Shown piece after piece: positions 35,166-45,037 of a stretch of DNA of 64,000 bases. Position numbers and translations under genes: made by a program. Positions within the stretch are counted from its first letter, which is position 1. Every line of letters begins with the position of its first letter. The DNA is taken from NCBI GenBank assembly GCA_963729625.1, contig CAVSOU010000014.1, positions 5,096-69,095 on the forward strand. The letters run 5' to 3'. The notes under the pieces were generated by a model. The model did no database searches, was not told where the DNA came from, and worked only from the letters and a program-made list of their open reading frames with translations. The stretch comes from an uncultured bacterium. Its GTDB lineage: Bacteria; Chloroflexota; UBA5177; JANWHV01.

Positions 35166-36350
35166 TCAGGTACTGACGCCGACGACGAGGCCAAGGCCGA
35201 ACGTCCCTCCGCCCACGATAAGGCCAGCGAGCGTCATTTCAAGGCCGGAAAACCACCAGCTTCGCAGTGTGAAAAGGGACTTCGCGGCACCCACGCCGAA
35301 GTGCGCTAGCAACGATACGGCGAACGCGATGACCAATCCGCGGGCTCCGCCGACGAAGAAGAACGGGATCACCGGGATAATCGCGCCCAATCCCGTGCTC
35401 ACCAGGCCGGCGACTGCCGCGGTCCAGGGGTCCTTCCCCTGTTCGAGCCCGCCGAACTCTTCGACGGCAAGAGCGCTGAGCATGGCCTCCGGGCTGCGGG
35501 ACAGCTTTGCGACGAAGTCTTCTGCTTCAGCCTTGCTCAGTCCCTTGAGTTGGTAGAAGAGCGCTAGTTCCTCCGCCTCCTCTGCCGGATGGATCTCCAG
35601 CTCTCTTCTCTCTTGCGCGAGGGTAGCTTCGGCTATCTCGTTGGCTGAACGTGCCGCCAACCAGGCTCCCACGCCCATGGAGAGCGCGGACGCAATCGCC
35701 CCGGCAAGGCCTGCTGTGAGCACGCTGACCCTCGTGGCCCCTGTGGCGCCGGACACGCCGGCGACGACGCCGAAGACTGCTGCCAACCCATCATTGGCCC
35801 CGTAGATGGCATCGGACACCCAGCCCGAGCTCGTGTGGTGTCGCTCGCGGCTGAGCATGCGGTCCAGGCTGGCCTGAATCGTTTCCTTCGACTCCACCGG
35901 CAAATGTAGCGCGGATTGTCCCAGCATGTCGCTCACGGCCATCGCGTGCGATCGTTCGTCCCGCCTGAGTTCCTGCAGCACGGCATCAGTGGCTGGATCG
36001 CCCGTTGGCCTTCCGTATTGGTGGAGAACCTCCTCGTCCTCTGCCGCTTCGCGGGCGCGAAGGAGCCGGTCGATCGGGGCCAGTCGCGCCTGCATACGAA
36101 GCCACGAGGAAATATGCACCGTCGAGGGATCGGGAATCTCGACGTGCAACTCGCGAAGACGCGCCTCGATAATGCTTCGGTGCTTGCCCTCCGCGTCAGC
36201 TATCGCGCGGAGTATGCCCGACCGGTGATTATCAGGTTCTCGCGCCGCTATGACGTCGTAGACGTACCGAGCCTGAATCTCACCGCGCCAAGCGGCGAGC
36301 AAGCGCTGGGCGGCCGCCGCCGATGCTTCCTGACTGGTTTCTTGCTTCAT
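35166..36350 (-). CDS. Ferritin-like (erythrin) domain fused to a VIT1/CCC1 iron transporter (MbfA-like)
   Basis: The N-terminal four-helix region has E...EGKH and E..H motifs. The C-terminal region reads AIYGANDGLAAVFGVVAGVSG..., as in the VIT family. The start was chosen at the MKQETSQ Met. Confidence 0.75.
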   Translation of the reverse strand: MKQETSQEASAAAAQRLLAAWRGEIQARYVYDVIAAREPDNHRSGILRAIADAEGKHRSIIEARLRELHVEIPDPSTVHISSWLRMQARLAPIDRLLRAREAAEDEEVLHQYGRPTGDPATDAVLQELRRDERSHAMAVSDMLGQSALHLPVESKETIQASLDRMLSRERHHTSSGWVSDAIYGANDGLAAVFGVVAGVSGATGATRVSVLTAGLAGAIASALSMGVGAWLAARSANEIAEATLAQERRELEIHPAEEAEELALFYQLKGLSKAEAEDFVAKLSRSPEAMLSALAVEEFGGLEQGKDPWTAAVAGLVSTGLGAIIPVIPFFFVGGARGLVIAFAVSLLAHFGVGAAKSLFTLRSWWFSGLEMTLAGLIVGGGTFGLGLVVGVST

Positions 36351-36528
36351 GCCGCGGCGTGCTGCTCCTTTCGTGACAGCGCCTCTTGAACGACACATGC
36401 CACTCCGAGGCGTGTTTCTTCTATGCTATCGCGCTCGGTCATGTTCGGTGTCAGGCCTCACAATAGACGAGCAGGAATCTGCGTAAGGGCGCACACGTCA
36501 CGGGACGCGGCGCCCGACGCGATCAGCA

Positions 36529-37023
36529 TCATGCCAATGTGGAGAGCCAGACAGCAAGCGCGACGATCGCGACATTGACGAACAGGTTGACCACCGAGAG
36601 TTGTATGGACCGCAACTGAAGCGACTTTCGCCGCTCGGGCTCCAGAATGCTGGTGGCCTGGCCTGCCGATTGCTCGAGACGGGGGCCGTAATATGCCCCG
36701 TGGATGCAGGTCAGCACGAGCACGATTGCCACCAACACAATCTTGGCGATTAATACGTGGCCCCACTTCGAGTCACGCAGAATCGATGCGGATACACCAT
36801 GTGCGTTCGCGTTAAGCAGCCCGGTGACGAGCAGCACGGCGAGCGACAATCCGCCATAGACGCCGAATCTGCGGCCGACAAGACTGACAATACGCACGCG
36901 CTCGGGCTCGGACAAGGAGTGCCTGACCACTGGAAGTAGCACCATGAAAAGGAAGAGCTGGCCGCCCAACCAAAACATGGCTGCCATCACGTGCAGCCAC
37001 AAGATCACGGCCGCCGAGCTCAT
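36529..37023 (-). CDS. CopD-like integral membrane protein
   Basis: A 164-aa protein with four TM segments. The N-terminus AVILWLHVMAAMFWLGGQLFL resembles the CopD/DUF-type membrane family. Confidence 0.5.
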   Translation of the reverse strand: MSSAAVILWLHVMAAMFWLGGQLFLFMVLLPVVRHSLSEPERVRIVSLVGRRFGVYGGLSLAVLLVTGLLNANAHGVSASILRDSKWGHVLIAKIVLVAIVLVLTCIHGAYYGPRLEQSAGQATSILEPERRKSLQLRSIQLSVVNLFVNVAIVALAVWLSTLA

Positions 37024-37077
37024 TCACACTCTCGCATGTGTGATGCCTTCGCGTTCGCGCGCGCCAGGGCCGTCGGC

Positions 37078-38115
37078 TCAAACCGGTGTCGCGATGCGCC
37101 AGTAAAGCTCTTCGTCTATTTGTCCAGTCTCGATGAGGTGGCGTATCTGCTTGAGGCGTGTAAACGCCCTGAACGCAAAGGTATCGGGTGACATGCGAAT
37201 GGACATAAAGACCTCATGGAGCTCACGCGCACCTGTCGCCGCGTCGCGGCTACAGCTGAATGCCGGCATGTGCGCTCGGATCTTCTCGAAGGACACCCGG
37301 TAGCTGCGGTTGTCCTTGTCTGGCTTTCCAAACGTGACCGTGCATCCCGGAAACGCCTCTGCCACTATCGTGGCGACTTCCCTGACCCTGTAGTTGAAGC
37401 GCGAGTCGCCAACATTGAACACCTGATTGTGCACGGCGGCTGGCGGCGCATCGAGCGTACACGCTATCGCCTCGCAGATGTCGAGGACATGCACGAGCGG
37501 CCGCCATGGCGTGCCGTCACTGGTCATGGCGATCGTGCCTGTCGTCCATGCCAGGCCGGCCAGGTTGTTGAGCACGATATCGAAGCGCATCCTTGGTGAC
37601 GGGCCGAACGCAGTGGCATTGCGCAGGAACGTCGGCGAGAAGTAGTCACCCGCCAATGTCTGCACGTCGCGCTCCACCAGGAGTTTGCACTCGGCATATG
37701 CAGTCTGCGGATTCGGGACGCTTTCCTCAGTCATGATCTCGTCCGAGCCTACCCCGTAGACGCTGCAGGACGACGTGTACACGAAGCGACGCACGCCCGC
37801 CTCTTTGGCCAGCTTGGCCAGCCGCACGCTGCCAATATGATTGATCCGGTAGGTAAGTCCCGGGTTCTGCTGACCCAGTGGATCGTTCGACAGCTCGGCC
37901 AGATGCACAACTGCATCAACACCTGCGAAGTCCTGGACATCCAGCGTGCGTATGTCCTTACGAATTGACGTGGCGCCAGGGTCGATCGTGCCGTAGAGCA
38001 GACCGTCGCGATAGAAGCCGGTGTCCAATCCGGATACCTCGTGACCGCGTGCCTTGAGCACCGGGACCAGCTGTGAGCCGATATATCCGTCTGTCCCGGT
38101 AACAAGTACGTTCAT
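37078..38115 (-). CDS. NAD-dependent epimerase/dehydratase (extended SDR)
   Basis: Begins MNVLVTGTDGYIGSQL (Rossmann GxxGxxG) and contains a catalytic YxxxK region (YAECK). The longer ORF to 38280 overlaps the upstream gene. Confidence 0.8.
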   Translation of the reverse strand: MNVLVTGTDGYIGSQLVPVLKARGHEVSGLDTGFYRDGLLYGTIDPGATSIRKDIRTLDVQDFAGVDAVVHLAELSNDPLGQQNPGLTYRINHIGSVRLAKLAKEAGVRRFVYTSSCSVYGVGSDEIMTEESVPNPQTAYAECKLLVERDVQTLAGDYFSPTFLRNATAFGPSPRMRFDIVLNNLAGLAWTTGTIAMTSDGTPWRPLVHVLDICEAIACTLDAPPAAVHNQVFNVGDSRFNYRVREVATIVAEAFPGCTVTFGKPDKDNRSYRVSFEKIRAHMPAFSCSRDAATGARELHEVFMSIRMSPDTFAFRAFTRLKQIRHLIETGQIDEELYWRIATPV

Positions 38116-38144
38116 TCGAATTATCTCCCTGCGACTGCGCTGCG

Positions 38145-38789
38145 TCAGAGCGCGATCTTCTTGCTGTAGAATGCCTCGGCGAAACCCGACGGCGATGCAG
38201 ACTCCATGCCCCGAATACGCAACAGCGAATAGAACAGGTCCGAAGTGAACCAGTGTTTGCCTCGCTGAGTACCAAAACACGCCAATAAGTGGTCAATCTT
38301 TGCCTGGCAGGTCTCCCTGTCCAGGTGAAAATACACATTTGGCACGCCGAAGTCGCCGTCGTACTTGGGAATCTCGTATTCAAGGATGAGGTGGTTCCTG
38401 AACGTATTCCAGGTCAGCTCGTTGACGAGGCGATGATCCTGGTGCGCATCTCTTGCCTGATGAGTGAAGATCACATCAGGAAGGAAAGCGGACTTGAGGG
38501 CCTCAAAGCAATCCTTGATCTCCGCGCCCGTGTACGGAAAGTACCCGTCTCTAAATCCGTGCACGTCTATGGTGCGCGACGACGCCTGCGCCAACATCAG
38601 TTCAGCGCTCTGCCGTGCCTCAGCGGCACGCTCGCCACCGGCGCCGAACACTACCCAGCGAACGTCGGCCTCGGGACACATCGCGAGCAACCGGAAGACG
38701 GTGCCGCCACATCCGATCTCGATGTCGTCACTATGTGCCCCGAGGCACAGCACGCGTCTCGGTGGGCTGGCGAAAGTCAGGGCCTGCAT
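38145..38789 (-). CDS. PIG-L/LmbE-family N-acetylglucosaminyl deacetylase
   Basis: VLCLGAHSDDIEIGCGGT and HQDH metal-binding motifs are present. Confidence 0.8.
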   Translation of the reverse strand: MQALTFASPPRRVLCLGAHSDDIEIGCGGTVFRLLAMCPEADVRWVVFGAGGERAAEARQSAELMLAQASSRTIDVHGFRDGYFPYTGAEIKDCFEALKSAFLPDVIFTHQARDAHQDHRLVNELTWNTFRNHLILEYEIPKYDGDFGVPNVYFHLDRETCQAKIDHLLACFGTQRGKHWFTSDLFYSLLRIRGMESASPSGFAEAFYSKKIAL

Positions 38790-38805
38790 GCTCGTGCGTG
38801 TCCTT

Positions 38806-39600
38806 CTACCCTACGCGTGGGACCGGCTTGAGCCAGACTTCCCAGGGAACGTCGCCACGCGCGTACATGTCATCAAATTGCTGCTTCTCTTTGAAGGTGT
38901 CCATACACGACCAGAAACCATCATGCTTGTAGGCGGATAGCTGATTCTCGGCAATCAACCGCTGAAACGGCTCGTGGACCAGTTCATCTCCGGGCTGAAT
39001 GTAGTCAAATATCTCATGCTTGAAAACGAAGAACCCGCCGTTAATCCGAAAATCTGCATCGCGCGCGTCATGGATGCTGCGCACAGCGCCATCGGGGTCG
39101 ATTGTGACGCGATGGAACGTTTGCGTCGGTCTGACTGCCACGAAGCAGCCAATTTTCCCCGCGTCGCAGAAGTGGTCCAAGAGGGTAGGCAACGCCAAAT
39201 CGGTCAGCCCATCGGTGTAGTTAGCCAGGAAGACCTTCTCGCCATCGAGATACGGTTCAACTGCCTTCAGCCGCTGACCGATGTTGGAGGTCAATCCGGT
39301 GTCGATGAACGTAATTCGCCAATTCTGAATATCGCTGCTCAGAAGCTGCAGGTTTCGCCCGCCATCGGATAAGGTGAAGTCATTGGAGACAGCTTCGTTG
39401 TAGTTGAGAAAATACTCCTTGATCACATGCGCCCTGTAACCCAAGCACAGGATGAAGTCCGTATGTCCGTAGTGAGCGTAGTACTTCATCACGTGCCACA
39501 GTATTGGGTGGTTACCAATCGGAACCATCGGTTTCGGCACGCTTTCAGAGAATTCCCTGAGGCGCATGCCCAATCCACCACAGAACAATACTACCTTCAT
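38806..39600 (-). CDS. rfbF: Glucose-1-phosphate cytidylyltransferase
   Basis: Begins MKVVLFCGGLGMRLREFSESVPKPMVPIGNHPILWHVMKYY. The ~260-aa length is classic for RfbF. Confidence 0.85.
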   Translation of the reverse strand: MKVVLFCGGLGMRLREFSESVPKPMVPIGNHPILWHVMKYYAHYGHTDFILCLGYRAHVIKEYFLNYNEAVSNDFTLSDGGRNLQLLSSDIQNWRITFIDTGLTSNIGQRLKAVEPYLDGEKVFLANYTDGLTDLALPTLLDHFCDAGKIGCFVAVRPTQTFHRVTIDPDGAVRSIHDARDADFRINGGFFVFKHEIFDYIQPGDELVHEPFQRLIAENQLSAYKHDGFWSCMDTFKEKQQFDDMYARGDVPWEVWLKPVPRVG

Positions 39601-39703
39601 CGCGCCTCACTCCCTTGATTGTGGGCGGACACGCTATCCGACTGGCTCTGTTCGCGCCGACGGCCTGCGGTTGCCGCAGGTACCGGTAGTCTAAACGTAC
39701 CAC

Positions 39704-40585
39704 TCACAAACGGGATGCGCTCGTCTCACCCGCGGTCGCTTCGGAGAGCTGCATCGGTTGCAGCGGTTGAGCGGACGCCAGCCTGTATGCGCCTCGCGGG
39801 CGGTGCACCCATTCGCGTAGAATCGTCTTCAAGACACGAAGGCCGTCCGGACCTGCTCGAAGATTACTTGCTCCTGTGAGACGACTTGCTTCGAAGCTCG
39901 GCACTTCGATAACCTTGAGTCCGGCGTTGGCCACCCGCACGTTGATCAGCGTTTCCACCTCGAAACCGTCGGCGTCCACGTTCAGTGCCGATAGATGGCG
40001 GGCCCAGAAAGCGTTGTAACCATAGCAGAGATCCGAGTAATCGGTTCGGAACAGGAGGTTGACGCAATGGGTCAGCACCAGATTCCCCAGACGTCGCACC
40101 AACGTGATATCGGCGCTCCCTCCTCCTTCCAGGAATCTAGAGCCCTTCGCGAAGTCCGAGCCGGCAAGCAACGCACTCACGAAAAGTGGTATTTCTTGAC
40201 CGTCAGCAGATCCGTCGGCGTCCAGCATCACGATAATGTCTCCGCGAGCAGCGTCGAACCCGCATGCCAGCGCGCTGCCCTTTCCACGCCGGGATTCCTG
40301 AACCACTTTGATGCCCGGCCAGTGCGCGGATGCCACCGCGACCGTGTCGTCCGCGGAGTGGCCATCGACCAGAATCACCTCATAGACGTCGTTTGGAATA
40401 CGAGCTAGCACATGCGGAAGGTTTAGGGCTTCGTTCTTTGCTGGTATTACCACGCTGACGCGTGGCCAGCTCGTGTTCGTAGTGCGGCGCCGATCCAGCA
40501 TCGGTGCAGGTGCGTCCTCCGATGCACCGCGCGCCATTTCGTAGCACGTGCCTGCAGGCTCTAGGTGCGACGTTTTCAGTTGCAT
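39704..40585 (-). CDS. Family 2 glycosyltransferase (polyprenol-phosphate glycosyltransferase-like)
   Basis: VSVVIPAKNEALNLPHVL...VILVDGHSADDT...MLDADGS (DxD) is present. The start is uncertain among Met codons at 40585, 40537 and 40501. Confidence 0.75.
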   Translation of the reverse strand: MQLKTSHLEPAGTCYEMARGASEDAPAPMLDRRRTTNTSWPRVSVVIPAKNEALNLPHVLARIPNDVYEVILVDGHSADDTVAVASAHWPGIKVVQESRRGKGSALACGFDAARGDIIVMLDADGSADGQEIPLFVSALLAGSDFAKGSRFLEGGGSADITLVRRLGNLVLTHCVNLLFRTDYSDLCYGYNAFWARHLSALNVDADGFEVETLINVRVANAGLKVIEVPSFEASRLTGASNLRAGPDGLRVLKTILREWVHRPRGAYRLASAQPLQPMQLSEATAGETSASRL

Positions 40586-41188
40586 CGTCAGTGGGCTTCC
40601 CCTCTTGCACTTTCCAGGCTCAGTGTATGGTTGACCATTCGGGCGACAGCCTCCAAGCACCGCAAGGAGCGAGATCTGATGTACGCGACCCCCTCCGCAC
40701 GACGCGGCTCCATCGCCAGGCATGAGCTGCTCCGGTCCCACTCGCGGGTCAAAGTGTCTCGAATACTTGCGAGGAAGGCCGGCCAGAGGCGAGGGCGTGC
40801 TCCGTCGCCGGATTCAGCGGCGAGCTACCAGAACATGTTGCGCCCCAGCGGACCCTGCAGCACGGCGCGTAGACTGGCGGCGATGCCAGAGGACCGCTGC
40901 CTTCGCGCCACGTGAATCTCTTCCCTATCTTGCGTAACCGCGACATTTACGATTGGCTACAACTGTTCCTGACTCCAGAATAGATAGAACTATTCATGTA
41001 GTCAATACTGCTTAAGCTGTTGTGGCGTGCCACCTCGATGGGATAGGTAGCCGTGCCAGACCCGTGAGTATGAAGAGATTGACCGCATTCTACTGGCAAG
41101 TTAGGACGGGAGCCAGTAGCATTCTCATCAATGGCATGTCAGAGCCGGCCCGTGACCGACTTCAATACATCGCTCCGGCGCCAATGAA

Positions 41189-42430
41189 ATGAGCCCGTTG
41201 ATTGGTGCTCATTCAGTGATCCCCGCACGGTTCGGTCGCGCCGATCGTCTGGGTGTGGCTTCTCAGCGCCTGCGGCTGGCATGCACGCTTTTCGTGTTAG
41301 TTGTCTCATTGTCACTCGCGGGAAATACGCGCGTGAACGCAGGGCGTCAAGGCGATCAATTTCAGAACACTGTCGCCCTCGGCATCACGATCAGTCTTGG
41401 ATCTGAGACCGTGTTCAGCAATCCCGGGCTCCTCGACGCCTACGCGTCGCTCACCGGCAGAATGCCTGCGATCGTCAACGTCGGCAGCGACTGGGAGCAC
41501 TACCCGGAATTCAACGCCACAGTCATGGGGGCGATCAGATCCCGTGGCGGCATGCCGATGTGGACCTGGCTTCCGGACAACTACAACCTCGCGGGTTATC
41601 AGCCCGGTTTCAAGCTCACGACCATTGCGTCAGGGGCCTACGACGACTATATCAGACGTTTCGCAATGGACGCGAAGAACTGGGGCTTTCCTTTCCTCCT
41701 GAGATTCGCTCACGAGATGAACGCGACCTGGTACCCGTGGAGCACGGGGACGGGAAACGCCAATGGGAATAGTCCAAGCGACTACATCGCGGCATGGCGG
41801 CACGTTCACGATATCTTCACTAGCGTCGGCGCATCGAATGTGCTATGGGTCTGGTGCGTGAACACGGAATCTCCCAGTGCCACGCCGATAGCGCAGGACT
41901 ATCCGGGCGACGCGTACGTTGACTGGGTCGCGATGGATGGGTATAACTTCGGGTCAACGGTGCCGAACGGCCAGTGGCTATCACTTGCCCAGGTTTTCTT
42001 GCCCACGTATCAGGACATCAGCAGGTTGACGTCCAAGCCCTTGATGATCTCGGAGCTCTCTAGCGCCGAACAGGGTGGCGACAAGGCGGCCTGGATTACT
42101 GATGGCTTGCTCAGCGCGTTGCCTTCCCTGCTGCCTCGCGTGCGGGCGGTGCTGTGGTTCGATGCTGTCGACGGCTATGACTGGCGAGTCGACACTTCAA
42201 CAGCATCATTGACTGCATTTCGACAGGTTGTCGCGTCGCCGATGTTCCAGAGTACCTTTGATCCCTTTGTCGTGGACGACGCTCCTGTCCCAGCGGCTCC
42301 GCAGGCGCTGCCTACCATTGTGGTCGCTCATGGTCCGCCACCTCCGCCGGCGCGGAAGCCGGTGCGAGGGTCCAGGACGGCGCGAAGGACATTTCGATGG
42401 GGCAGTCCGCGATCGCCTATCCCGTCGTGA
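41189..42430 (+). CDS. Glycoside hydrolase family 26-like (beta-mannanase-type), exported, with a Pro-rich C-terminal tail
   Basis: A TM/signal segment is present. FLLRFAHEMNATWYPWS (acid/base Glu region), WVWCVN and LMISELSS (nucleophile Glu region) follow. It is preceded by an unusually AT-rich intergenic region. Confidence 0.7.
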   Translation: MSPLIGAHSVIPARFGRADRLGVASQRLRLACTLFVLVVSLSLAGNTRVNAGRQGDQFQNTVALGITISLGSETVFSNPGLLDAYASLTGRMPAIVNVGSDWEHYPEFNATVMGAIRSRGGMPMWTWLPDNYNLAGYQPGFKLTTIASGAYDDYIRRFAMDAKNWGFPFLLRFAHEMNATWYPWSTGTGNANGNSPSDYIAAWRHVHDIFTSVGASNVLWVWCVNTESPSATPIAQDYPGDAYVDWVAMDGYNFGSTVPNGQWLSLAQVFLPTYQDISRLTSKPLMISELSSAEQGGDKAAWITDGLLSALPSLLPRVRAVLWFDAVDGYDWRVDTSTASLTAFRQVVASPMFQSTFDPFVVDDAPVPAAPQALPTIVVAHGPPPPPARKPVRGSRTARRTFRWGSPRSPIPS

Positions 42431-42541
42431 TTTCTGACATTGCCGCGCAGGCGGGACCGTTGAGCGCAGCCAGGTTTCGCCACGTCAACGTGCGTCATCT
42501 GGCACACTGAAGCATAGTGCTCGGGCGGCGAATGGGAAACG

Positions 42542-43669
42542 ATGATGGCGGACAGGCGCTTGGCGATTACTGTGCTTCCCCCGATGTACCTCGAGTCGAG
42601 CGTTGTGCAGTCCCGACAGCCGTTGGTCTCAATAATCATCGACAACTATAACTATCGCGAGTTTCTCCCCTTGGCCATATCGAGCGCGCTCGGGCAGACG
42701 TACCCGAAGGTGGAGGTCGTCGTGGTAGACGACGGTTCCACTGACGGCTCGCAGTCAGTCGTTCAGGGTTACGGCGACCGCGTCACGGCGATATTGAAGG
42801 CGAACGGCGGGCAGGCTTCGGCATTCAACGCGGGGTTTGCACGCAGCAGTGGCGAGATCGTTGTCTTTCTGGACTCAGACGACATATTGTTGCCGAATGC
42901 AATCTGCCTCGTCGTAGACGCGTTTCGAGACGACCCCCGTCTGGCAAAGGTTCATTTTCACATGTCTGTCATCGATGCCGAAGGTCGCCTGACCGGTGCG
43001 TCAAGACCCCCCGCTTACGCGACGATGCTCGATGGCGACCTGCGCCGGCACTATCTGACGTTTCCCGACGACGTATGGCGGTTGCCCACAAGCGGAAATG
43101 CATTCGCCGCGGCGGTGCTTCGCCGGATTCTCCCAATCGACGAAGCAGCGTATCGGGGCGGCGCGGATACGTATCTCACGCATGTCGCTCCACTTTATGG
43201 ACGGGTCCGCTATTTGCCCTGTGAATGCGCGTACTACAGGATCCATGGGCAGAACAACTACGAGTTGGATGGCACGAGACTGAATCTGGCCAGGATTCGG
43301 CGGAATGTAACCCACTCGCGGCAGACGCACATCCACATCAATGCTCATGCAGTTTGCGTTGGCCTGCTCGACGGTCAGCGCGAGATACTCTCGGTCTCCT
43401 ACATAATCAACCGCATGATCTCGCTCAGGTTGCAGCCCAGGCAGCACCCAGTGGCTGGTGACTCGCGGTGGAAGCTCTTCGGACTTGGCATGCGCGCGTC
43501 TGCCGAGCGCTTCGATGCCGGGCCTGCCATGCGGATGGCGTACGTTGGCTGGTTCATCGGCATGGCGCTGGGACCGCGCCCGCTGGCGTGGCGGCTCGCA
43601 CGTCAAATGGTATTTCCGCAGACCAGGCCGCGCCTCAACCTGGTGTTGAAGGTCCTCGGTCGTGGTTAG
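42542..43669 (+). CDS. Family 2 glycosyltransferase
   Basis: VSIIIDNYNYREFLPLAISSALGQTYPKVEVVVVDDGSTDGS...LDSDD is present. Confidence 0.8.
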   Translation: MMADRRLAITVLPPMYLESSVVQSRQPLVSIIIDNYNYREFLPLAISSALGQTYPKVEVVVVDDGSTDGSQSVVQGYGDRVTAILKANGGQASAFNAGFARSSGEIVVFLDSDDILLPNAICLVVDAFRDDPRLAKVHFHMSVIDAEGRLTGASRPPAYATMLDGDLRRHYLTFPDDVWRLPTSGNAFAAAVLRRILPIDEAAYRGGADTYLTHVAPLYGRVRYLPCECAYYRIHGQNNYELDGTRLNLARIRRNVTHSRQTHIHINAHAVCVGLLDGQREILSVSYIINRMISLRLQPRQHPVAGDSRWKLFGLGMRASAERFDAGPAMRMAYVGWFIGMALGPRPLAWRLARQMVFPQTRPRLNLVLKVLGRG

Positions 43670-44945
43670 CGCCCGCGTCGCTGGCGTGCCGTCGCAGCGG
43701 AGGTTTCACAGGACCGTGCTGGCCAATGCGGGGTCGATATTGACCACAAACGCCATAAACATGGCGCTCGGGGTGCCGTACTGGTGGATTGCGGCACGCT
43801 GGTTCGATCCCTCCGCAGTTGGCTTCGCGTCTGCGGTGAATGCGGGCATGAACCTCATGGGCACGCTTGGCATGCTCGGGCTCGGCACGCTGCTCATCGG
43901 AGAGCTCCCGCGCCGGCCGGCAGAGCGTGAGCGCCTCCTCAGCACCGGCTTGCTCGTCGCCGCTGTGGCCGGAGGTCTGCTCGGCACAGGATTCGCCCTC
44001 ATGGCTCCTCATGTCTCAAGTGGGTTGCGGAGCCTGGCAGGCAGCCCGGCGACTGTCGCGCTGTTTGCCTTAGGTGCGGGACTGACATCCCTTGCTCTCG
44101 TGCTTGATCAGGCCGTGGTCGGGCTGCTCAGGTCGTCACTGCAGGTGTGGCGGAACTCTGTATTTGGCATATCGAAGCTTCTCGCGCTGGTTGTAGCCGC
44201 GGCTTTCGCCGCTCGCGGCGGGCTGACAATTTACGCAACCTGGGTCTTCGGGCTTGTCGTCTGCTTGCTCGCGCTGGCTTCGCAGACTGGCGCCCTGCAT
44301 CACGCATGTCGGCCCAGCATGGCGGCGGTGCGCAGACTTGGTTGGCAGGCGCTGGGGCACCACGTGCTGAACTCCGCGCTCCAAATCAACAGCCTGGCAA
44401 TGCCACTCGTAGTCACTGCGGTTCTGTCCACGACTGTGAACGCCTACTATAGCATTGCAGGACTCATCTCTGCGCTCGTCTATGTGGTTCCCACCGCACT
44501 TGCCACGGTTCTCTTTGCACTAGGAGCCAGCGATCCAGCGGCGATCGCCGACCGCGTTCGCTTCACCCTCGTGCTGTCGCTAGCCTTGACTGCTCTGGCC
44601 AGTCTCGTGCTTGTGTTCGCGTCCGTGCCGATCCTCGACGTGTTCGGTCACGGCTACGCACGGCACGCTGCCGTGCCGCTGGTCGTATTCGCTCTGGGGG
44701 CGATTCCATTGTCGATTCGCGAGCACTTCGCGGCGATACAGCGCCTGAGGGGCCGGCCGATTGGCGCTGCGCCGTACGTCCTTGCCGGCAGCGCGCTCAA
44801 GCTCGTGCTGGCAACGAAGGGCGCGACCATGGATGGGCTGGTCGGCCTGAGCGTAGGCCTCCTGGTGGCAAGTTGTGGTGAGGCGCTCGCGCTTGCTCGT
44901 CCCGTGTACTTGGTTGCGGCCGGGCGCGCGCCGGGCTTTGTGTGA
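43662..44945 (+). CDS. Polysaccharide biosynthesis/flippase (Wzx/MOP-superfamily-like) membrane protein
   Basis: A 427-aa protein with about 12 TM segments. It overlaps the upstream GT2 gene by 8 nt. Confidence 0.65.
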   Translation: MVSARVAGVPSQRRFHRTVLANAGSILTTNAINMALGVPYWWIAARWFDPSAVGFASAVNAGMNLMGTLGMLGLGTLLIGELPRRPAERERLLSTGLLVAAVAGGLLGTGFALMAPHVSSGLRSLAGSPATVALFALGAGLTSLALVLDQAVVGLLRSSLQVWRNSVFGISKLLALVVAAAFAARGGLTIYATWVFGLVVCLLALASQTGALHHACRPSMAAVRRLGWQALGHHVLNSALQINSLAMPLVVTAVLSTTVNAYYSIAGLISALVYVVPTALATVLFALGASDPAAIADRVRFTLVLSLALTALASLVLVFASVPILDVFGHGYARHAAVPLVVFALGAIPLSIREHFAAIQRLRGRPIGAAPYVLAGSALKLVLATKGATMDGLVGLSVGLLVASCGEALALARPVYLVAAGRAPGFV

Positions 44946-45037
44946 ACACCTGTTGGTTTCCAACGGCTTGCGCGGGGCGCGAAAGAGTCCATGCAGTGGC
45001 CATGTATGCTGCAGACTAGAGAGTGAAGGGACATTCC